38,334 nt of DNA from the IMG/VR virus record IMGVR_UViG_3300031774_000056, positions 1-38,334 of that record; one strand, 5' to 3'. The translations under genes were made by a program, and so were the position numbers. This DNA is from a virus (taxonomy: Duplodnaviria > Caudoviricetes). Below are positions 16,514 through 25,094 of this stretch, one piece after another; position 1 is the first letter of the stretch, and every line of letters starts with the position of its first letter. Below the pieces are notes generated by a model, which did no database searches, had not been told where the DNA came from, and was given only the letters and a program-made list of their open reading frames with translations.

Positions 16514-17968
16514 ATGAGTTTATCTCCACAATTTGGTAGTATTATTCCAAGTCCGATTCAAACTCCATCACCTTCAGCTTATTTAGCTTTTAACGGTGGA
16601 GCGAATGACTTTGCGCAACAATATTTACCAGAAATTTACGAACAAGAAGTAGAGCGTTATGGAAACAGAACGTTATCTGGCTTTTTGAGAATGGTTGGGG
16701 CAGAAATGCCAATGACCTCAGATCAAGTAATCTGGTCTGAACAAAATAGATTACATATATCCTATGACAACTGTAGCGTAGCTGCAGGAGGAGGAGCTGG
16801 TGCTGGTTTAGCATCTGTTGTTACAATTCCAGTTGGTGCAGGTGTAACTAACGTTATATCTATTAACGATACTGTTGTACTTTTAGACCCTAACGGTCAA
16901 GAAGCTAAAGGTATTGTTACAGCAAGAGCTGCTGGTAACGTAACAGTTCAACCATTTGCTAACGCAACATTTGATGCACAGGGAATTAGTATTGCTGCTG
17001 CAACAATTAAAATGTTTGTTTATGGTTCTGACTACACTAAAGGAACTAGCTTAGCTGCTGGTGGTGTAGGTAATTCAAACGCTAGAATAAGCGTTGACCC
17101 TTCATTCACACAGTTTTCTAACTCACCAGTGATCATAAGAGATCAGTACGTTGTTACTGGATCTGATATGGCACAGATTGGTTGGGTTGAAGTTGCTACT
17201 GAAGATGGTGCTTCTGGATACCTTTGGTATTTAAAAGCTGAATCTGAAACTAGATTAAGATTCGAAGATTACTTAGAAATGGCAATGGTAGAAGGTGAAT
17301 TAAACGCTAACGTTAATGGTGCTGCAGGAAGTTATGCTACTGCTGTTTTACCAGGTACGCAAGGTTTATTTGCTGCTATTAGAGCTAGAGGTAATGTAAA
17401 CGTTGGTTTTACAGCGGCTGCAGGACTTGATGAGTTTGATGCTATTCTTAAAAACCTAGATACTCAAGGAGCTATTGAAGAAAACATGTTATTCTTACAG
17501 AGACAAACATCTCTTGATTTTGATGATATGTTAGCTTCTATCTCTGGTGGTTTCGCTGGTGGTACTGCTTTCGGTTTATTCGAAAATTCAGAAGAAATGG
17601 CACTTAACTTAGGTTTCTCTGGTTTTAGAAGAGGTTCTTATGACTTCTATAAAACTGATTGGAAATACTTAAACGACGCTTCTACAAGAGGTGCTATCGT
17701 TGGTGTTAATTCAATTGAAGGTGTATTAGTTCCTGCTGGAACAAGCACAGTTTATGATCAAATCTTAGGTACTAACATTAGAAGACCTTTCTTACATGTA
17801 AGATATAGAGCTTCTCAAGGTGACGACAGAAGAATGAAATCATGGTTAACTGGTGCTGCTGGTGGTGCATTTACTTCAACTCTTGATGCTATGGAAGTTA
17901 ACTTCCTATCTGAAAGATGTTTAGTAACTCAAGCTGCTAACAACTTCGTTTTATTCCAAGGATTATAG
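16514..17968 (+). CDS. Major capsid protein
   Basis: 484 aa after the scaffold, with strongly biased codon use and a terminator behind it. FAQQYLPEIYEQEVERYGNRT and FLSERCL patterns resemble Bacteroidota podovirus capsids. Confidence 0.85.
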   Translation: MSLSPQFGSIIPSPIQTPSPSAYLAFNGGANDFAQQYLPEIYEQEVERYGNRTLSGFLRMVGAEMPMTSDQVIWSEQNRLHISYDNCSVAAGGGAGAGLASVVTIPVGAGVTNVISINDTVVLLDPNGQEAKGIVTARAAGNVTVQPFANATFDAQGISIAAATIKMFVYGSDYTKGTSLAAGGVGNSNARISVDPSFTQFSNSPVIIRDQYVVTGSDMAQIGWVEVATEDGASGYLWYLKAESETRLRFEDYLEMAMVEGELNANVNGAAGSYATAVLPGTQGLFAAIRARGNVNVGFTAAAGLDEFDAILKNLDTQGAIEENMLFLQRQTSLDFDDMLASISGGFAGGTAFGLFENSEEMALNLGFSGFRRGSYDFYKTDWKYLNDASTRGAIVGVNSIEGVLVPAGTSTVYDQILGTNIRRPFLHVRYRASQGDDRRMKSWLTGAAGGAFTSTLDAMEVNFLSERCLVTQAANNFVLFQGL

Positions 17969-17981
17969 TAATCCAAATTTA

Positions 17982-18016
17982 AATAATTATCCCCGTCTTC
18001 GGGCGGGGTAATTATT
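17982..18016 (+). terminator. Intrinsic terminator-like hairpin after the major capsid gene
   Basis: AATAATTA-T-CCCCGTC-TTCG-GGCGGGG-TAATTATT: GC stem with a C(UUCG)G tetraloop and an AU-rich tail. Confidence 0.85.
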
Positions 18017-18041
18017 ATTAACTATTTAATTATATTATATT

Positions 18042-18824
18042 ATGTCAAAAAATGAAAAAAAAGTAGAGGTTAAAAAACCTCAAGGCCCAAAATGGGAAGT
18101 AAGAGATAGAGTTTATTATTTAAAAGGAGATAAGTCTCCTTTAACTTTAACAATACCAGGTAAGCATTCAAAAAAGCATGCGTTACTCTGGTTTGACGAG
18201 ACTACAGGAAAACAAAGAGAAATAAGATATGCAACCAATCAAGATTCACCATTAGTCGATGAGCAAAAAGGTGAAGCAACGATGGGTCATATAATTTTTA
18301 GAGACGGTTTTTTAAAAGTTCCTAAACATAAACAGAATTTACAAAAACTACTTTCACTATATCACCCTTTAAAAAATAAAACATATGAAGAGTATAGTGC
18401 TGTAGCAGAAGCTAAAGATGAACTATATGATTTAGAAATGGAAATAGAAGCATTAAATGCAGCTAGAAACATAGACATAGATCATGCTGAAGCTATATTA
18501 AGAGTTGAAAAAGGTTCTGAAGTAAATAATATGAGCTCTAAAGAAATTAAAAGAGATTTATTATTGTTTGCGAAAAATAACTCAAAGTTATTTATTGCAT
18601 TAGCTAATGATGAGAATGTGCAGTTGAGAAATTTTGCTATTAAAGCTAGGGAACTAGGTATAATAAAGCTATCTCAAGATCAAAGAACGTTCTCTTGGGG
18701 ATCAAATGACAGGAAATTAATGAATGTTCCTTTTGATGAAAACCCTTATTCAGCTTTTGCTGCTTTCTTGAAAACAGATGAGGGAGTAGAAATTTATAAA
18801 TCTATAGATAAAAAGCTCAATTAA
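18042..18824 (+). CDS. Head-module protein of unknown function
   Basis: 260-aa ORF directly after the capsid gene; shares its leader with the scaffold gene. Confidence 0.75.
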   Translation: MSKNEKKVEVKKPQGPKWEVRDRVYYLKGDKSPLTLTIPGKHSKKHALLWFDETTGKQREIRYATNQDSPLVDEQKGEATMGHIIFRDGFLKVPKHKQNLQKLLSLYHPLKNKTYEEYSAVAEAKDELYDLEMEIEALNAARNIDIDHAEAILRVEKGSEVNNMSSKEIKRDLLLFAKNNSKLFIALANDENVQLRNFAIKARELGIIKLSQDQRTFSWGSNDRKLMNVPFDENPYSAFAAFLKTDEGVEIYKSIDKKLN

Positions 18825-18836
18825 CAAGTGATAATA
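18824..18836 (+). promoter_or_regulatory. Putative late-promoter motif, copy 3 (ACAAGTGATAATA)
   Basis: Intergenic, ahead of the tail module. Confidence 0.5.
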
Positions 18837-18870
18837 ATAGAGGGGTGACACTTTGTCACCTCTGTATTAT
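18834..18870 (+). terminator. 17-bp hairpin (terminator or 5' stabiliser)
   Basis: ATAATAGAGGGGTGACA-CTT-TGTCACCTCTGTATTAT, with one mismatch and one G-U pair; no clear U-tract. Confidence 0.6.
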
Positions 18871-18885
18871 AATAAAAAAAATATA

Positions 18886-19635
18886 ATGGCAGTAAATATA
18901 AATACAGTATACACAACAGTCTTGTACATATTAAACAAAGAACAAAGAGGATATGTTACTCCATCAGAGTTTAATAGTATTTCTGCTCAAGTACAAAACG
19001 AAATATTTCAAGCTTATTTTCCAGACGGAAATCAAGTTAATAGATACAATCAAAACAATCAACAGAATGACACAGAGTTCTTTAACATGTTTAAAGACAC
19101 TGCTTATAAGTTATATCCATTTGAACAAGATATAGCTTTTACTTATGTCGGTGGTAATACAGCTTGGCAAAACAACACCGCAAACGTTATCTACAAATTA
19201 GGTCAAATAATATCTACATACAATACAACAAACGTAAACAATCCAGTACGTAATTCAATAACTCAATTAACTAGTAAAAAAGATTTTGAATTAATTACAA
19301 GATCTAATTTAACTAGTCCTACCAATCAATATCCTATATGTTACACTACTAATAATGCTGGTTCATTAATAATAAGAGTATCTCCTAATCCAGATGTTTT
19401 AAGTATAAATTGCTTAACTGTTCCTACAGCTCCTATTTGGGGTTTTACTACTGGTAATTTAGGTCAATATATATACAATGCTGGTACTTCTACGGATTTT
19501 GAATTAGATATTTCAGAACAAACTAATATTATAACACAAGTCTTAAAATATTGTGGTATAATAATAAACGATCCTACAATAATACAAACTGCGGAACAAG
19601 AAGCAATGTCAGTTTCACAAAATGAAAAATCATAA
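18886..19635 (+). CDS. Head-tail adaptor / tail ring protein
   Basis: Likely start is ATG 18886 (MAVNINTVY), since the TTG at 18853 lies inside the hairpin. LNKEQRGYVTPSEFN N-terminus; position after the capsid module. Confidence 0.6.
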   Translation: MAVNINTVYTTVLYILNKEQRGYVTPSEFNSISAQVQNEIFQAYFPDGNQVNRYNQNNQQNDTEFFNMFKDTAYKLYPFEQDIAFTYVGGNTAWQNNTANVIYKLGQIISTYNTTNVNNPVRNSITQLTSKKDFELITRSNLTSPTNQYPICYTTNNAGSLIIRVSPNPDVLSINCLTVPTAPIWGFTTGNLGQYIYNAGTSTDFELDISEQTNIITQVLKYCGIIINDPTIIQTAEQEAMSVSQNEKS

Positions 19636-20861
19636 TGGCGCAAATAACAGAAACTAACCAACAATATTATCAAGGCTCACAAGGCTTTAGAGGAACAGGA
19701 GGTGCACTAACTATAACAACTACGTTTAATACTGATCTTTTGTATGGTAGTTGGAATCCAGCAGTAGCTGAATATGCTTTAAATAATTTTAAAATATATA
19801 CTAGTACTACAGGTTTTCCAGGTAGTTGGACTGAGTATGTGTTACAATATTCTGTAACTGGAAACGCTATAACATTTGCTGCTAACCCTGCTAATAATTT
19901 ATATATAGTTGTACAATTAAAAATATTAACTGGTGGTCAGTATGCTAATACTCCAGCAGAAGAAGCCGTAGGAGATGCAGTAGAAGAAAACTATGGGAGC
20001 TATCAATATATAAAACTAGGAGATATAATAGATAATTATATGGTTGGTTATGTAGGTGATGGAAAAATACTTCAAACTGCTAAAAAATCAGATGTATTAT
20101 TTTTTGCTAAACGATCTTTACAAGAATTTAGTTATGATACTTTAAAAAGTATTAAATCTCAAGAATTAACTGTACCAGATAATTTATCTTTAATTATGCC
20201 ACAAGATTATGTTAATTATGTGGCATTGTCTTGGATAGATCATTATGGGGTAAAAAGACCTTTATATCCTAACAATAATTTAACTATAAACCCTTACACT
20301 AAATTATTACAAGATGAATCAGGAATACCAACTCAAGATAATTTTGGTGAAGATTTAGAAGGAACGTCAATAACTGTAGAAAGATGGCAAGATACTAACC
20401 CTAATAGATTATTAAATGAAGAAGCTTTATATCTTCAAGATGAATGGGCTTATGGATGGTACTCTAATGATTTTGGTTCCGGACCATGGAATTGGGGAAG
20501 ATTATATGGAATAGATCCTCAATATTCTAACACTAATGGATGGTTTGGGATAAATGAAAGAGAAGGTAAGTTTACTTTTTCTAGTAACTTAAGAGATAGA
20601 TTAATTGTGTTAGAGTATATATCTGATGGACTTGCTTATGATTTAGATACTAGAGTACCTAAAATGGCTGAAGAAGCAATGTATATGAGTATATCATATA
20701 ATTTATTAGCTGGTAGAGCAGGTGTTCCTGAAGGTCTAGTAGCAAGATTTAAAAAAGATAGAAGAGCAGCGTTGAGAAATGCTAAGATAAGATTATCAAA
20801 TATTAAACTTGAAGAAATAGTTCAAGTAATGAGGGGTCAATCTAAATGGATTAAACACTAA
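19635..20861 (+). CDS. Tail ring / tubular structural protein
   Basis: KRSLQEFSYD, MPQDYVNYV and LEYISDG patterns; coupled to the previous gene. Confidence 0.6.
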   Translation: MAQITETNQQYYQGSQGFRGTGGALTITTTFNTDLLYGSWNPAVAEYALNNFKIYTSTTGFPGSWTEYVLQYSVTGNAITFAANPANNLYIVVQLKILTGGQYANTPAEEAVGDAVEENYGSYQYIKLGDIIDNYMVGYVGDGKILQTAKKSDVLFFAKRSLQEFSYDTLKSIKSQELTVPDNLSLIMPQDYVNYVALSWIDHYGVKRPLYPNNNLTINPYTKLLQDESGIPTQDNFGEDLEGTSITVERWQDTNPNRLLNEEALYLQDEWAYGWYSNDFGSGPWNWGRLYGIDPQYSNTNGWFGINEREGKFTFSSNLRDRLIVLEYISDGLAYDLDTRVPKMAEEAMYMSISYNLLAGRAGVPEGLVARFKKDRRAALRNAKIRLSNIKLEEIVQVMRGQSKWIKH

Positions 20862-20867
20862 AATTTA

Positions 20868-23800
20868 ATGGCAAAAGTAACCAATAATTTCATTAAAGGT
20901 AGAATGAATAAAGATCTTGATGATCGATTATTACCTAGAGATGAATATAGAAATGCAGTAAATGCTCAGGTAAGTAGATCTGAAGGTCCTAATGTTGGAG
21001 CATTAGAAAATGTTTTAGGAAATATTTTATCTTTTGATTTTAGAGAATTATGTAATAATGATAATTTATTTTCTATAGGTTATTGCACTGACGAAATAAA
21101 TAATAGAGTTTTTTTATTTTTAACAGATAACACAGGTGATGCTTATAAAGTTTCTTCTGGATCAGGTAAGACTTCTTACATAGTAATGTATAATGCGATT
21201 ACCGAAGCAGGTTCTATATTAGTTAATGGTGATTTTTTAAATTTTTCTACAATGTTCCCAATAACTGGTGTAAATATATTAGAAGATTTATTGTTTTGGA
21301 CAGATAATAGAAACCAACCAAGAGTAATAAATATATCTCTAGCTAATCCAAACAACGGTAGTAATCCCGCCTACTATACAACTGAAGATCAAATATCTGT
21401 TGCTAAATACAACCCTTATCAACCAATAGAATTATATAGACCAGCTTCTAATACAGCAACTGATTACGAAACATCTATGTATGATGTTGTAAGTAGGTAT
21501 TATCCTGATGGTGGTGAAGGTGTTACAACCCAACAATATCAAAGTAGTGGTACAACAATGAGAATTGCTAGAGCAGGCTATCAAGGTGATTTACCTTATG
21601 GTGCTACTATAGCTTATATTAAAGATGGTGAGTTTTTTGAAACAGGTCAAACGGTAACTGCTGTATCAGGTGCAAACAACACTTATTTTCAACTAACTGT
21701 TCCAACAGAATCCCCTACATACACTATAGACACTGGCACAACCGTTATATTTAATTACAACCCTTATTATCAAATTGATTACAATGGTGATTCAGATTAT
21801 TTAGAAGAATTATTTGTAAGATTTGCTTATAGATATAAGTTTGAAAATGGTGAATACTCTATAATGTCACCGTTTACTCAAGAATGTTTTATACCAAAAC
21901 AAGATGGTTATTTTAGATATAAGGTAAATGAAGAAAGTGCTACAGCAGGTGTGGGTGCTAAAAATAATAGTCCTATACTGGATATTCAAGATGAAGAAGA
22001 TACCTATAGAAGTACTGTTGTTGAATTTATGGAAAATAAAGTTAATAAAATAACATTAAGAATACCATTACCGGCAACTTCTAGTAATTTAAATAAAACT
22101 TTTAAAATAACAGATATAGATATATTGTATAAAGAATCTAATTCAAACAATATAAATGTTATTGAAACAGTTCCAATATCTAGGGTAAAAAATGGATATG
22201 GTAGAGCGGATGTAAACGGCGCAACAACTACTACTACATCTGTAGCTATAGACAATGTATCAGGTTCTATTAAAGTAGGTGCTTTAGTTAGTGGAGATGG
22301 TATAGTTAACAACCCTACTGTAGTAAGTTATGACGGTGGAAGTGCTCTTGTTTTATCTACTCCTCAAAGTTTAGCAAATAACGCTGGTTTAACGTTTGGT
22401 GATTCTAGTGTTTTTGAATATGAATATCAATCTACAAAACCCTATAAAGTTTTACCTTCTAGTGAAACAACAAGAACATATGACAAAATACCTGTAAGAG
22501 CTTTGTCTCAAGAAATTATAAGTAATAGAGTAGTGTATGGAAATTTCTTAGATAAACACACTCCTCCAAATACTATAGATTATAATGTTGCGGTAAGCGC
22601 AAAATCTGATTTTAATTTAGGTACAGCAACAACTACAAACACTGCTTTAGAACCTCAAGGAGAAACTGTTATTGCTATAAATACACCAACTGGTTCATGG
22701 GCAAATGGATATGTAGTAACATCTAATGTTGCTGGAGCAATTCCAGGTAATACTGTTATTGCTTCAAATACTGGTACTACAATTACATTATCTGCCGCGT
22801 TAGGTGGTGCTTTAGCCGCGAATTCAACGCTTACTTTTACCGCGCCTAACAATGTAAGATACACAACAAGTAAAATAGAATATCCTAACCACTCGTTAAA
22901 ACAAAATAGAAATTATCAAGTAGGTATAGTATTATCAGATAAGTTTGGTAGACAATCTACAGTAATATTATCTGAGGGAGATAGCTCTGTTAAATTTAAT
23001 AATGAATCTTATTTAGGTTCTACTGTTTTTTCAAGATACATAGCTTCAAGTGTAGAAGCTTTATCTTTTCCTGGAAATTCTTTAAAAGTTTTATTTAATA
23101 ATCCTATATCAGGTGGAACAACAGGTGTATATAATGGTGATCCTACTAGTGTAGATTATAATCCATTAGGTTGGTACTCTTATAAAGTAGTTGTAAAACA
23201 AACAGAACAAGAATATTACAATGTTTATTTACCTGGTGTAATGGCTGCTTATCCTACAGATCCAACTAAAGAATTAGGTAAAACATCTCACGCTGTATTA
23301 TTTAATGATAATATTAATAAAGTCCCTAGAGATTTAATAGAAGTAGGACCAGAACAAAAACAATTTAGAAGTAGTGTTGTATTACACGGAAGAGTAGAAA
23401 ATGTAAACAGTACTGATGTTTGGCAGAATAATGCTCAATATTATCCTGGAAGTATTGCTCCTATAGTGAGTGTTATAGCTACTGATGATGATATGTTTAA
23501 CGGTATATCTCAAACTGGCTACGTTGGAAGTCCAGATTTTTATAATGTTATTTCAAATCCTTTAATAGGAAGAATTAATACACCTTCTGGAAAATTTGGT
23601 GTGGCGTCGGTTATAACAACGGCAGATGCTTTAGCTGCTACAGCTACAACACCAGCCGCAACTTTAAGTGAAATAAATATAGACATAAGTACTATTGATC
23701 CTATATTTACCTCTGGTGGAAATCCAGTGCCTGGAAACAGTATAAGAGTTGGTCAAACAATAACTGGACCTGGTATAGCTGATGGAACAACTATAATACA

Positions 23801-25064
23801 AGCTCAAAACGACAATCCAGCTTGGCAAATAACATTAAGTCAACCACATTCAGGTGTTAACGCGGGAGATACTTTCACCTTTACACCAACAAATGATTCT
23901 CCATTTATGGGTTGGGTTACAATGCCTCAGTTAGCTGTTATGGAAACAGATCCTGTAGAATCTAATTTAGATATATTTTGGGAAACAAGCACAGCTGGTT
24001 TGATAACTGATTTAAATCAAGCAATATCAGGTGGTACTGCTGAAGGTGTTTCGTTTGGTTTTAATACTAATGACTTTGATGAAGGAATAAATACACAAGT
24101 AGGAAACAATGAAATGTGTTCATCAGATTTTTCTATACTAGATCAATTTGGTAACACAATAGTTTACGCGGCAACTAATCCACCTCAATTTCAATTAGTA
24201 GAGGTTAGAGATTTTAATAACAATGTAATTACTAGTACTAATGAAGGAGTTAGTAATACAGCGGTGTTTAATTTAGTAAGAGATGGTAATAACTATAATG
24301 TAAAGGTTCAAGATACTTTTTACTATAGCAATCAGCACGCTACTAATGATACTTATTCTTTTAAATTTGAAATTAACCACGCTGGTATTCAGACGTTTAT
24401 TACAAAACAACCTGTGTCTTTGATAAATTTAGCTCCTGTAGTTTTAGCCAGTACATGTGGTAATCCTCCTATTTATGTTCCAGGAACCGGTAATGGTTCA
24501 AATGCTTTAGGAACTTTTAAAGTTCTTCAAGCAACAAATGGAGCTGCTTTTGGACTAGGAGTAACAAATCCTCAAGCTTGGAAAGATTTAACATGGAGAC
24601 TTACAGTTACTAAAGGTGGTGTAGATTATGGTCCTCAAGGAAGCGGCGCGGTACAATTGATTCAATCACGGGTTAATAATTATTGGAGTGTTAACTGTAA
24701 TTTTACTGGAGGTGATACTCCTAATAGTATGGTAGATGGACAATATGCTTGTGTAGCTACCGTGGAAGATGCCGGTGCTTTAACTGCTACGTGTAATTTT
24801 ACTTTAGATATACAAAGAACACCTTGTTATACTTGGAAATATACATGGACTGATAGTGGTGATTTTATATCACTTAACTATACTGATTGTGAGGGTGAAC
24901 AAAGAAACATAGGATTTTTTGACACCAATCCGGGAGGACTTGGTAATACTGGTAACTACGTATGTGCTCAAGACACTACTTATACACAAAATAGTTTAGG
25001 TACTAAGTTTACTAAACTAGCATTAAATAATCCTGATCCATTCAACACTTGTAATGGGTTGTAA
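20868..25064 (+). CDS. Tail nozzle/muzzle ('stabilisation') protein, N-terminal part, with inserted beta-repeat domains
   Basis: N-terminus FIKGRMNKDLDDRLLP..EYRNA.N...GALENVLGN and LFWTDNRNQPRVINI, NRVVYGNF are typical of podoviral nozzle beta-propeller proteins. Confidence 0.65.
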   Translation: MAKVTNNFIKGRMNKDLDDRLLPRDEYRNAVNAQVSRSEGPNVGALENVLGNILSFDFRELCNNDNLFSIGYCTDEINNRVFLFLTDNTGDAYKVSSGSGKTSYIVMYNAITEAGSILVNGDFLNFSTMFPITGVNILEDLLFWTDNRNQPRVINISLANPNNGSNPAYYTTEDQISVAKYNPYQPIELYRPASNTATDYETSMYDVVSRYYPDGGEGVTTQQYQSSGTTMRIARAGYQGDLPYGATIAYIKDGEFFETGQTVTAVSGANNTYFQLTVPTESPTYTIDTGTTVIFNYNPYYQIDYNGDSDYLEELFVRFAYRYKFENGEYSIMSPFTQECFIPKQDGYFRYKVNEESATAGVGAKNNSPILDIQDEEDTYRSTVVEFMENKVNKITLRIPLPATSSNLNKTFKITDIDILYKESNSNNINVIETVPISRVKNGYGRADVNGATTTTTSVAIDNVSGSIKVGALVSGDGIVNNPTVVSYDGGSALVLSTPQSLANNAGLTFGDSSVFEYEYQSTKPYKVLPSSETTRTYDKIPVRALSQEIISNRVVYGNFLDKHTPPNTIDYNVAVSAKSDFNLGTATTTNTALEPQGETVIAINTPTGSWANGYVVTSNVAGAIPGNTVIASNTGTTITLSAALGGALAANSTLTFTAPNNVRYTTSKIEYPNHSLKQNRNYQVGIVLSDKFGRQSTVILSEGDSSVKFNNESYLGSTVFSRYIASSVEALSFPGNSLKVLFNNPISGGTTGVYNGDPTSVDYNPLGWYSYKVVVKQTEQEYYNVYLPGVMAAYPTDPTKELGKTSHAVLFNDNINKVPRDLIEVGPEQKQFRSSVVLHGRVENVNSTDVWQNNAQYYPGSIAPIVSVIATDDDMFNGISQTGYVGSPDFYNVISNPLIGRINTPSGKFGVASVITTADALAATATTPAATLSEINIDISTIDPIFTSGGNPVPGNSIRVGQTITGPGIADGTTIIQAQNDNPAWQITLSQPHSGVNAGDTFTFTPTNDSPFMGWVTMPQLAVMETDPVESNLDIFWETSTAGLITDLNQAISGGTAEGVSFGFNTNDFDEGINTQVGNNEMCSSDFSILDQFGNTIVYAATNPPQFQLVEVRDFNNNVITSTNEGVSNTAVFNLVRDGNNYNVKVQDTFYYSNQHATNDTYSFKFEINHAGIQTFITKQPVSLINLAPVVLASTCGNPPIYVPGTGNGSNALGTFKVLQATNGAAFGLGVTNPQAWKDLTWRLTVTKGGVDYGPQGSGAVQLIQSRVNNYWSVNCNFTGGDTPNSMVDGQYACVATVEDAGALTATCNFTLDIQRTPCYTWKYTWTDSGDFISLNYTDCEGEQRNIGFFDTNPGGLGNTGNYVCAQDTTYTQNSLGTKFTKLALNNPDPFNTCNGL

Positions 25065-25076
25065 TAATGGATAAAA

Positions 25077-25089
25077 ACAAGTAATACTA
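25077..25089 (+). promoter_or_regulatory. Putative late-promoter motif, copy 4 (ACAAGTAATACTA)
   Basis: Intergenic; ends 5 nt before ATG 25095. Confidence 0.4.
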
Positions 25090-25094
25090 ATAAT

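Noticed and set aside
17960-17974. Capsid stop codon TAG in the loop of a 6-bp hairpin (GGATTA-TAG-TAATCC), suggesting readthrough or recoding
   Set aside because: An in-frame TAA follows immediately, so readthrough would add only one residue. No extension ORF exists.
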